32,000 bases of DNA from Patescibacteria group bacterium (GTDB lineage: Bacteria; Patescibacteriota; Patescibacteriia; 2-01-FULL-39-33), in assembly GCA_041649575.1 (NCBI GenBank), contig JBAZMW010000001.1, positions 180,001-212,000 on the forward strand. Reading direction: 5' to 3'. Each line of letters opens with the position of its first letter. The first letter of the stretch is position 1. The position numbers and the translations under genes are program-made. Under the pieces are notes generated by a model. That model saw only the letters and a program-made list of their open reading frames with translations, was not told the origin of the DNA and made no database searches. Positions 17,495-24,808 of this stretch are shown piece by piece.

Positions 17495-17542
17495 TTTAGA
17501 CAAATTTAATACCGGAGGGTCGCTTGCGCAACCTCCCGGTAT
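17495..17542 (-). repeat. 48-nt hairpin module R2, 3' of the 475-aa ORF
   Basis: TTTAGACAAATTTAATACCGGAGGGTCGCTTGCGCAACCTCCCGGTAT. As minus-strand RNA it forms a 12-bp stem (11/12 paired) with a GCAA (GNRA) tetraloop and a U-rich tail. Confidence 0.85.
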
Positions 17543-17568
17543 GTTGATGTACGATCGCCTGACGGCGA

Positions 17569-18996
17569 TTAGTTGAGAGCGACTGCCTCCTGCCTGCCCT
17601 CGGTGCTCAGGACCACATGGTCCTCCTCGAGCCTTAGCACGGCGATGGCGGCGCTGCCCGCGCTCTCATAGGCGTGGTTCTCGTAGATCAGCCGCGGCTC
17701 CTGGCCCGGCACCATGACATAGAGCTCATAGCGTAGTTGCGGGTCGGCGATGCGGTGATCGATCTGCTCCTCGGCCACGAAGACCGCCAGGCCCAGTCGC
17801 GCGCTTATGATCCTGTGCCGTACCGACGGCGTGCGGTAGGACACTTGGCCGGGAGTCCCCATCGGCATCTGTATGACTACGCCGTACTTCTGATCCCCGT
17901 AGTCTTGGTACATCTTTGGCTTCAGGCGCCAAGATGCCATCTTTTGCGCCAGGATCTGGGCGATCGCCGCGTCCACCTCGCCCTCAAAGGCGGCCTGCTC
18001 GGTCTCGTTGAGCTTGGGCGGACTCGGAGTCGCTTCAGTCGGCTCGAAGACAAACTCGGCGATGCGGTTGCCGTACTCCTCGTTGACGAGTTCGACGGTG
18101 ATTTTCACCTGGCCGCCCCTTTCGTCAATTTGGATTTGCCCCAGGTCGTTGATGCACAAATCGTGCCGGTCGGCGCTACTGCTGTAGCGGTTGCGCCACT
18201 GCCATTCTTGCATCTGGTCTCGGCCGTGGTGGTAGATCACCACTTGATCGAAGTAGCCGATGCCGCCACTGCCACCCCACTCGCTTCGGGCTACCAGAAA
18301 CACGGCCGTGTCGGGATCGAGCACCCTGACCTTCCCGATACTGCACCGCTCCATCTTCATCAACTCCTCAATGAACAACCGGAGCCGTGCCGACACTTCT
18401 TGCCCGCCGAGTACCTCGGCCAATGCCTCCTCATGACTCAACCGCGAGTCATCCTCCAGCAATGCTTTGACGCTGGCGGCGGCTTCGGCCAGCTCTTCCC
18501 GCTTCTGCTGGATTTGGCTGGCAAACTCTTCGCCACCGAGAAGAGCCAGCGCTTGGTGTGCGTCGGAGTAGGATTGCCGCCCGATCTCGTAAGTTTCCCG
18601 CGGGAAGTTGTCGGGGGGGAGCTCTTGTACCAAACTCCTGATGCCCAACTCATCGGTCAGGGCCAGGAACTTTTCCGTGAGCTTTCTTTCACAGCAACCA
18701 CAACCATTCATGGTCGGGTCGATTGCACTGAAGGCCTCGGCGATCGCCAGCCGGACCAGGGGATCGGGCTGGGCATTGATGGCCTTGACGATCCGCCCCC
18801 GTTCCTCGGCCGGCAATTCGCGGAGGCGTTGCACATACTTCCCGCCGCGCTGGCCATCGGCCATGGTCACAGGGATGCCGGTGACCTGCTGGGCAACTTG
18901 TAGGCAGACAGACAATTCCAACTGCCGCAGTTGTCGGCCAATCTCTTCCTCCACTTTCCGCGCTTCTTTCAGCGCTCTTTCTCTTTCCTTGTTCAT
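17569..18996 (-). CDS. hypothetical protein (475 aa), island cassette 1
   Basis: I place the start at the internal ATG 18996-18994 (MNKERERALKEARK...), because GGAGGAG (19003-19009, minus) sits 6 nt upstream and the upstream ORF stops at 19019. The track's longer 509-aa form would overlap that gene. Charged coiled-coil-like N-terminus, a CGCCERK cluster and a beta-rich C-terminal half. No family recognised. Confidence 0.75.
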   Translation of the reverse strand: MNKERERALKEARKVEEEIGRQLRQLELSVCLQVAQQVTGIPVTMADGQRGGKYVQRLRELPAEERGRIVKAINAQPDPLVRLAIAEAFSAIDPTMNGCGCCERKLTEKFLALTDELGIRSLVQELPPDNFPRETYEIGRQSYSDAHQALALLGGEEFASQIQQKREELAEAAASVKALLEDDSRLSHEEALAEVLGGQEVSARLRLFIEELMKMERCSIGKVRVLDPDTAVFLVARSEWGGSGGIGYFDQVVIYHHGRDQMQEWQWRNRYSSSADRHDLCINDLGQIQIDERGGQVKITVELVNEEYGNRIAEFVFEPTEATPSPPKLNETEQAAFEGEVDAAIAQILAQKMASWRLKPKMYQDYGDQKYGVVIQMPMGTPGQVSYRTPSVRHRIISARLGLAVFVAEEQIDHRIADPQLRYELYVMVPGQEPRLIYENHAYESAGSAAIAVLRLEEDHVVLSTEGRQEAVALN

Positions 18997-19018
18997 TGTT
19001 GTCTCCTCCGTTCGTCGC

Positions 19019-19315
19019 CTAGTGCGCGAACGCGTTGAGAAACTTTGCCAGCTCCCTCGGCTCTTTCTTGGAATGCCGAAGGAATCTGACGCACGCACCC
19101 ACTAACTCTGCTCCGAAATTCTCTTCCCGGCAGGCGATAGCGTACCACCTGGCTGCCAGCGCCTTTTTGCGTTTGCCGGTCCTGGCTAGGACCAGATTAT
19201 ACGCCTTGGAAGGACTGGTAGCAGACTCGGTGAGGTTGAGCAGTTCGGGTACGGCCCAAACCGCCTTGGCGCGTGCCAATAACTCGATCAGACGCTTGAC
19301 GTCTTTTGGTGTCAT
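19019..19315 (-). CDS. hypothetical small protein (98 aa), first gene of the island operon
   Basis: Start moved to ATG 19315-19313 (MTPKDVKRLIELL...), with AAGGAG (19322-19327, minus) 6 nt upstream. Predicted helical and basic. No family recognised. Confidence 0.65.
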   Translation of the reverse strand: MTPKDVKRLIELLARAKAVWAVPELLNLTESATSPSKAYNLVLARTGKRKKALAARWYAIACREENFGAELVGACVRFLRHSKKEPRELAKFLNAFAH

Positions 19316-19371
19316 GGCTTGCTCCTTTCCTCTGTAAGGTGCTATCAAGCTGATTGCCAGCTTAACTAATA

Positions 19372-19400
19372 ATTATATCATATTATAACATAATTGTCAA
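19372..19400 (-). promoter_or_regulatory. consensus sigma70 promoter driving the island operon
   Basis: On the minus strand: TTGACA (19400-19395), exactly 17 nt, TATAAT (19377-19372). This matches the consensus at 12 of 12 positions. Confidence 0.65.
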
Positions 19401-19483
19401 TGGTATTTTGTTATTTTATTTAAATTTAGCCAAAAATAATAAGTATTTTTGCCAAAAGTAGCAATTTGAATTAAAATATAGTT

Positions 19484-20563
19484 ATGAATTTTTGGAAAAA
19501 AATAAAAAAGCCCTGCCTATCCGGCAGGCAGGCGATTTTGGCTCTAGCCCCAATGGCTGGGGTTTCTGATTCGGCTTTTCGACAGGTCTGCAGAGAGTAT
19601 GGCGCCGATGTAGTCTATACCGAAATGGTATCGGCCGACGGCCTTTTTTATGATTCCAAAAAAACTTTGGAATTTTTAAAATTCAATAAAAAAGAACATC
19701 CGGTGGTAATTCAGCTGTTTGGCAAACAGTCTGAAAGATTCACTAAGGCCGCGCAAATTTGCGAGCAAGCCGGCTTTGACGGTATTGATATTAATTTTGG
19801 TTGTCCGGCCAAAAAAGTTGCTGGCCATGGCGGCGGAGTGACGCTGATGCGCGATTTGCCAAAGTGTCGAGAAATCATTGAGGCGGTTTTGGCTGGCACC
19901 AAGTTGCCGGTATCGGTGAAGTTGAGATCTAGTATTAATGTCAGGGGTTTGCCATGGCAAACCCCTGCATGCGGCAACCTGGTGACAGCTTTGGATTTTA
20001 TAAAATTTATGAAAGATTTGCCGCTCTCGGCAGTGATGATTCATGGCCGGCCATACGAAAACCCTTTCAATGCCGAAATAGATTATGAGATGATTAAGAA
20101 ATGCGTTGAATTTATAAAAAATAATTATTATTTAATGACACGGGATTGCCACCTGTCTCGCCGAGCCAAGGCGGACGCTCCGCTCGCAATGACAGCGCCA
20201 ATAGTTTTGGGTAATGGCGGTATTAAGACACCAGAAGATGCAAAAAGAATGTTGGAACAAACCGGCGCCGATGGTGTTGGGCTGGCTCGCGGGCTTTATG
20301 GCCGGCCGTGGCTGTTTCGGCAAATTAAAGACTATTTAAAGAAAGGAAAATACAGTAATCTAAAACTAGAAGAGATAAAAAAAATTATTTTAGAGCATGC
20401 TAAATTGGCTTTTGAAAACAAGGATAAACACGGCATAGTGGAATTAAGGAAGCATTTGGCTTGGTATATTACTGGCCAGCCTGGCGCCAGAGAGTTAAGG
20501 GCTAAGTTGGTACGGGTGGAAGATGTAAAAGAAATAAAAGCGATTTTAAAGTATTTAAAATAA
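19484..20563 (+). CDS. dus: tRNA-dihydrouridine synthase carrying three in-frame palindromic insertions
   Basis: 359 aa. LAPMAGVSDSAFR, INFGCPAKKV, VSVKLR and HGR motifs, plus a C-terminal helical domain. About 37 extra residues come from the insertions at 19512-19528, 19942-19967 and 20135-20194. Confidence 0.88.
   Translation: MNFWKKIKKPCLSGRQAILALAPMAGVSDSAFRQVCREYGADVVYTEMVSADGLFYDSKKTLEFLKFNKKEHPVVIQLFGKQSERFTKAAQICEQAGFDGIDINFGCPAKKVAGHGGGVTLMRDLPKCREIIEAVLAGTKLPVSVKLRSSINVRGLPWQTPACGNLVTALDFIKFMKDLPLSAVMIHGRPYENPFNAEIDYEMIKKCVEFIKNNYYLMTRDCHLSRRAKADAPLAMTAPIVLGNGGIKTPEDAKRMLEQTGADGVGLARGLYGRPWLFRQIKDYLKKGKYSNLKLEEIKKIILEHAKLAFENKDKHGIVELRKHLAWYITGQPGARELRAKLVRVEDVKEIKAILKYLK
19512..19528. 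repeat. small G+C-rich hairpin insertion near the dus N-terminus
   Basis: CCTGCC-TATCC-GGCAGG. Encodes part of PCLSGRQA, which interrupts the usual short N-terminus before LAPMAG. Confidence 0.65.
19942..19967. repeat. perfect 26-nt palindrome inside dus
   Basis: CAGGGGTTTGCCATGGCAAACCCCTG equals its own reverse complement. Translated in-frame as (V)RGLPWQTPA. Confidence 0.9.
20135..20194. repeat. 60-nt nested palindromic element inside dus (long form of the cysS element)
   Basis: ATGACACGGGATTGC...GCAATGACA. Its reverse complement starts TGTCATTGCGAG and ends GCAATCCCGTG, as in cysS 16597-16634. The core 20151-20175 is identical to rplL 4866-4890. Confidence 0.85.
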
Positions 20564-20580
20564 TTTATTTTATTAATCTA

Positions 20581-20609
20581 AAAATACCGGCCGTTAAGAC
20601 CGGTATTTT
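20581..20609. terminator. bidirectional terminator between dus and corA
   Basis: AAAATACCGG - CCGTTAAGA - CCGGTATTTT. 10-bp stem flanked by A and T runs. Confidence 0.75.
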
Positions 20610-20621
20610 TAAAGGAAATTA

Positions 20622-21563
20622 TTACAACAATTTTTTTTTCTTGAAGATAAATAACAGGAAAAGGACGGTTAGGAGCATCAGAATGATAACCCCCCAAAAG
20701 CCGGCTTGATTATCAAGAAAGGGCATGCCAATGACAGTATTCATGCCGAAGATGCCGGAGATTAAAGACAAGGGGAGAATTAAAACCGAGAAGACGGTCA
20801 AAGTTCTCATAATATCGTTAAGCTTGAAATAAACCAAAGAGCCGTTGGTGTCCTCCAAGGCCTCGATCATTTCTTTGTGGCTGTTAAGCAAATCCCAAAT
20901 ATTTTTGGTGTGTTCAATCAGGTTATTATAATAGGCCTTTTGTTTGTTGACAGGAAAATACTCAACTCCTTCGTGGATGATTTTCTGAATGACATTTTTG
21001 TGGTTTTCCATGATTTTGCGGAAATTCAAAATATTTCTTTTGATGTTTAGGATTTCGGTGACCATGCGCCGTTCGTGCCCGGCGAAGATGTTTTTTTCGA
21101 TGTTTTTGACATCCAAACTGATATGGTCGAGGATGGGATAGCAGTATTCTTGCAAGCGGACAATGATTTCGTAAAGCAAGGCGGCGTTGTTGCCGGTCAG
21201 GTATTGGCGGCAATAAAACTCGTCGCTGGAACAAAGATTGAAGATTTCGGTCAGCGGCGGCAGGTTGTTTTTGTGTACGGTGATAACAAAATCTCGGCCG
21301 ATGAAAAAATCAACTTCTTCCGGCTCGATGGAGCGGCTCTTGCTGTTGTAGAAAGGAAATTGCAGAATTAGGAAGCAGTAATTTTGGCGTTGGTAAAATT
21401 TGGGCCGCTGGGCATATTGCGAGGCGAAAGAATCCTTTAAATCCAATTCGTTAAACTTGTATTTTCTTCTTAGATATTCGATTTCTTTTTTTTGGGCGCT
21501 AATGATATTAATCCAGGCAAGATTGCCGGTCGGGGATTTTAGGGTGGTGATATTTTTGTTCAT
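20622..21563 (-). CDS. corA: CorA-family magnesium/cobalt transporter
   Basis: 313 aa. Cytoplasmic N-domain and two C-terminal TM helices with the GMN motif (GIFGMNTV). Confidence 0.88.
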   Translation of the reverse strand: MNKNITTLKSPTGNLAWINIISAQKKEIEYLRRKYKFNELDLKDSFASQYAQRPKFYQRQNYCFLILQFPFYNSKSRSIEPEEVDFFIGRDFVITVHKNNLPPLTEIFNLCSSDEFYCRQYLTGNNAALLYEIIVRLQEYCYPILDHISLDVKNIEKNIFAGHERRMVTEILNIKRNILNFRKIMENHKNVIQKIIHEGVEYFPVNKQKAYYNNLIEHTKNIWDLLNSHKEMIEALEDTNGSLVYFKLNDIMRTLTVFSVLILPLSLISGIFGMNTVIGMPFLDNQAGFWGVIILMLLTVLFLLFIFKKKKLL

Positions 21564-21616
21564 TTGAAGCCAGGTTAGTAATTACCTTTTTATTATAGCA
21601 TAAAAATATTGTTTTG

Positions 21617-21625
21617 TGCTATAAT
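21617..21625 (+). promoter_or_regulatory. extended -10 promoter element (TGcTATAAT)
   Basis: TG at 21617-21618, TATAAT at 20620+1000-1005 i.e. 21620-21625. It lies inside the TTG-started version of the ORF in the track, which argues for a downstream start. Confidence 0.45.
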
Positions 21626-21655
21626 AAAAATGAAATAATTACTCCGTCAAACCAA

Positions 21656-22183
21656 ATGGTTGATTCGCAAAAAATGAAAAAAGTGGAGCAAGAACCCTTG
21701 GGTACGGCCGATTTCAAGCCGGAGGCTTTCAGGCTGCCCCAAAAAGAAAAAGCTCCTTTGCCGGTGCCAGAGAAACCGCAACTGGAGTCCGGGGACAATC
21801 TGGAATCCTCCAGGCTGTCCAACCAGTCGGAGATGGTGCAGGCGGGGGAATTGATTCAGCGCCATGCTCTGCCGCCAACCGCCAGCCTTTACGAAGAAGA
21901 CTACCGGCGCATCGAGAAGGTGCTGGAGGAGAATTTGAGTGATTTTTATTTTCGTCTCTCGCCCTTGGAACAACAGAAGTTCAAGCAAAAAGGCGAGGAG
22001 ACAACGGTGGCAATTTTAAGGATTATTTCCAAGCCTAGATTCAAAATAAGAAGAATAGTGGAGCTGATAAAAAATTGGCTGAAGCTGTTGCCGGGAATCA
22101 ACCGTTTTTTTCTGGAGCAAACAGCCAAGATTAAAGCCGATAAAATCATAGTGGAAGTCACCAGAAAAAGACCATATTTTTGA
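21656..22183 (+). CDS. hypothetical protein (175 aa) translationally coupled to the T4CP-like ATPase
   Basis: First ATG downstream of the putative promoter (MVDSQKMKKVEQ...; ATG 21674 is an alternative). Pro/Glu-rich, probably disordered N-half and helical C-half. The stop TGA (22181-22183) lies 2 nt before the next ATG. Confidence 0.55.
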   Translation: MVDSQKMKKVEQEPLGTADFKPEAFRLPQKEKAPLPVPEKPQLESGDNLESSRLSNQSEMVQAGELIQRHALPPTASLYEEDYRRIEKVLEENLSDFYFRLSPLEQQKFKQKGEETTVAILRIISKPRFKIRRIVELIKNWLKLLPGINRFFLEQTAKIKADKIIVEVTRKRPYF

Positions 22184-22185
22184 TT

Positions 22186-24747
22186 ATGGATCTGACTCTT
22201 AATCAAACAACCGCGGTATTGCCGGAGCTGGTAAACCAAATTGCTTTTTGGCTGGTTTTTGGCTTGGCCCTAGCGCTGGCGGTGGTTTTAATTTTGTTGA
22301 CTTTGAGAAAGATTTTGCGTTCTTATAAAATTTATGCGGCGGTTTTTGAAAATAAAATTTTTCGGCTGACGCTGCCCAAAAGAACAATCGAAAAAGAAGA
22401 AGAACGCAAAACTGTCAAAGAAATGCTCTCCGGCGTGGAAAATCTCTATGCCAATTTGGGAGGACTAAGGGCGTCGCGCGGTTTCAAGACCTGGCTGTTC
22501 GGCCGCTATGATCATTGGGCGCTGGAGATCGTGGTGGGCGAGGACCAGCTGATCACTTTTTATCTGGCGGTGCCCAAATATTTGGAAGATTATTTAAAAC
22601 AGCAGTTTTTGTCGCAGTATCCGTATTGTCAAATTGAAGAAGTTGAAGATTACAATATTTTCAAGCCCCAAGGCTATGTGGCGGTTGGCCACTTAAAGAC
22701 GATAAAAAACAAAATGTTTCCCATTCTGACCTATAAACAGATGGAGATCGATCCTTTGGTGGCGGTTTTGAGCTCGCTGGCCAAGCTGCCACCGGGGCAG
22801 ACGGCCGCTATCCAGCTGGTGATGCGTTCGGCCAGAGGCGAATGGCGCAACCAGGGAATCAAAGTCGCTTCCCAAATGCAGCAGGGCAAAAATTTAAAAC
22901 AAGCCCTGGGCGCGGTCAGTTCCAAAGGAGTTTCCGGCGCTCTAGGCAAGCCGGCAGACTGGTTTTATGCCGCCGGCACCGGCAAAAACAAGTCGCAACA
23001 ACTTAACAAGCAACCGGAGCTATATCGCTTGTCGCCGATGGAAGAGCAAGTGGTCAAATCTCTGGAAGAAAAGGCTTCCAAGGCCGGGTTGGACGTCAAT
23101 ATCAGAATCGTGGCCTTTGCTCCGCTGGAAAATCAGGCCAAAGAGATTTTGCGGCGGATTTGCAACTCTTTCGCCCAGTATTCCAGCTACGAATATGCCA
23201 ATGGCTTTAAGGCCGTAATCAAGGGTACGGGCAGAAAATTGATCGGCGATTTCATTTACCGTCATTTTGACGAAAGCATCAACATGATTTTAAATACCGA
23301 GGAACTGACTTCTTTGTGGCACTTGCCGCTACCCAATACCGAAGTGCCCAATATTCTTTGGCTCCAGGCCAGAAAGCTGCCGCCGCCGGTCAATATGCCG
23401 CCAGAGGGAATAATTTTGGGAGAAAATGTTTACCGCGGCCAGCAGACAATCGTTAGAATGAAAGACGCGGATCGCCGGCGCCATATGTATATTATTGGTA
23501 TGACCGGCACCGGCAAATCGACAACCATGGCCACCATGGCCATTCAGGATATCAGAGCCGGCAAGGGCGTCTGTGTCATTGATCCGCACGGCAGCCTGAT
23601 GGAAGAAATTATTCCCCATATTCCCGAAGAAAGGTTTGAAGACGTGATTATTTTTGATCCCGCCGACGTCGAGCGGCCGCTGGGGCTTAATATGCTGGAG
23701 GCCAAGAGCTCCTACGAAATGGACACGGCGGCTCAAGAAATGATCACTATTTTTTATAAATTATTGCCGGATCCGGCCATGGCTGGCCCGATGTTTGAGC
23801 ATTATATGAGAAACGCGCTTTTGGCGTTGATGGCCGATCAGGATGATCCTGGCACCTTGGTGGAACTGGCCAGAATTTTTACCGACGAGCCGTTCCGCAA
23901 AAAGAAATTGGAGCATGTCAAGGATATTTTAGTCAAGGATTTTTGGGAAAGAGAATACACGGCCTCGCAAAAGGGATCGACCGGCGCCGACATGCTTTCT
24001 TATGTCATTTCCAAAACCGGCCGTTTTGTGGAAAACGAGCTGATGAGAAATATCATTGGTCAGTCGAAATCAGGCATCAACTTTCGCGAGGCGATGGACC
24101 GGCAAAAAATACTGCTGATGAATTTATCCAAAGGAAAAATCGGCGACACCAATAGTAATCTATTGGGGCTGATCGCCGTTTCCAAACTGCAAATGGCGGC
24201 TTTAGCCAGAGCCGACATGCCTGAGAGCCAGCGTAAAGATTTTTATCTGTATATCGATGAGTTTCAGAATTTCATTACCGACAGCATTTCTGTAATTTTA
24301 TCGGAGGCCAGAAAATACAAACTCAATTTGGTGATGGCTCACCAGTACATCGCCCAATTAGTGCAGAACAACGATACGCGGGTTAAGGACGCGGTTTTTG
24401 GCAATGTGGGTACGATAGTCTGCTACCGCATCGGCGTGGACGACTCCGAGGTGATGGCCAAACAACTGGCTCCGCAAGTCAATGAGTTTGACGTGATGAA
24501 TATTGAAAAATACCATGCCTATGTCAGGCTGTTGATAGATAACACCGCCTCGGAAACTTTCAATATGCTGGCTTATCCGCCAGACAAAGTGGCGGCCAGC
24601 TCGGCGGATCCGGAAATCGTCAAGCCGCTGAAAGAGCTGTCCCGGCTGAAATACGGCCGTGACCGCAACTTGGTGATAAGAGAAATAATAGAGCGGTCGA
24701 AAATCGGGCAGCTGGGCGTCAAGCCGCCTAGCCCGCTTGGCAAATAA
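22186..24747 (+). CDS. membrane-anchored TraD/VirD4-like (type IV coupling protein / DUF87-type) P-loop ATPase
   Basis: About 853 aa from ATG 22186. N-terminal TM (IAFWLVFGLALALAVVLILLTL), Walker A GMTGTGKST (23497-23520), Walker B-like YLYIDEFQNF (around 24256-24267), then ARKYKLNLVMAHQY, typical of the TraG/TraD C-terminal region. Confidence 0.8.
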   Translation: MDLTLNQTTAVLPELVNQIAFWLVFGLALALAVVLILLTLRKILRSYKIYAAVFENKIFRLTLPKRTIEKEEERKTVKEMLSGVENLYANLGGLRASRGFKTWLFGRYDHWALEIVVGEDQLITFYLAVPKYLEDYLKQQFLSQYPYCQIEEVEDYNIFKPQGYVAVGHLKTIKNKMFPILTYKQMEIDPLVAVLSSLAKLPPGQTAAIQLVMRSARGEWRNQGIKVASQMQQGKNLKQALGAVSSKGVSGALGKPADWFYAAGTGKNKSQQLNKQPELYRLSPMEEQVVKSLEEKASKAGLDVNIRIVAFAPLENQAKEILRRICNSFAQYSSYEYANGFKAVIKGTGRKLIGDFIYRHFDESINMILNTEELTSLWHLPLPNTEVPNILWLQARKLPPPVNMPPEGIILGENVYRGQQTIVRMKDADRRRHMYIIGMTGTGKSTTMATMAIQDIRAGKGVCVIDPHGSLMEEIIPHIPEERFEDVIIFDPADVERPLGLNMLEAKSSYEMDTAAQEMITIFYKLLPDPAMAGPMFEHYMRNALLALMADQDDPGTLVELARIFTDEPFRKKKLEHVKDILVKDFWEREYTASQKGSTGADMLSYVISKTGRFVENELMRNIIGQSKSGINFREAMDRQKILLMNLSKGKIGDTNSNLLGLIAVSKLQMAALARADMPESQRKDFYLYIDEFQNFITDSISVILSEARKYKLNLVMAHQYIAQLVQNNDTRVKDAVFGNVGTIVCYRIGVDDSEVMAKQLAPQVNEFDVMNIEKYHAYVRLLIDNTASETFNMLAYPPDKVAASSADPEIVKPLKELSRLKYGRDRNLVIREIIERSKIGQLGVKPPSPLGK

Positions 24748-24808
24748 ATTAAATTGTGATATATCAAATATTGCTAGGGAGCGTCTAACTTGGGAAGGAG
24801 GAAACACC

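Larger units (their letters stand above)
17032..19420 (-). other. compositionally atypical (G+C-rich) three-gene island between cysS and dus
   Basis: Single-line spot counts give about 62% G+C (18001-18060) versus about 42-45% in flanking genes (8101-8160, 11101-11160). All three ORFs are orphans with consensus SD sites. Bounded and subdivided by the R1/R2 hairpin modules. Confidence 0.75.

Noticed and set aside
16984-17542. CRISPR array
   Set aside because: There are only two full repeat copies, 511 nt apart, and the 'spacer' is a complete SD-led protein gene. There are no cas genes.
17737-18903. 388-aa plus-strand ORF (and 165-aa ORF 18608-19105) antisense to the 475-aa island gene
   Set aside because: Long antisense ORFs are expected in G+C-rich DNA. 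The translation is Arg/Leu/Gly/His-rich with no SD or promoter, whereas the minus-strand ORF has a consensus SD and operon context.
16984-19445. Integron-like cassette array (gene plus 3' imperfect palindrome resembling attC)
   Set aside because: There is no IntI-type integrase in the window and no RYYYAAC/GTTRRRY core sites at the repeat ends. The cassettes also appear to have their own promoters and SD sites. I kept it only as a loose analogy.
21614-22185. Track start codons TTG 21614 (189-aa ORF), TTG 22180 (855-aa ORF) and TTG 25145 (dnaX)
   Set aside because: Each TTG overlaps a putative promoter element or the upstream gene's stop. ATG codons at 21656, 22186 and 25199 give conventional N-termini (for example MSTLYRKYRPQTF for DnaX).
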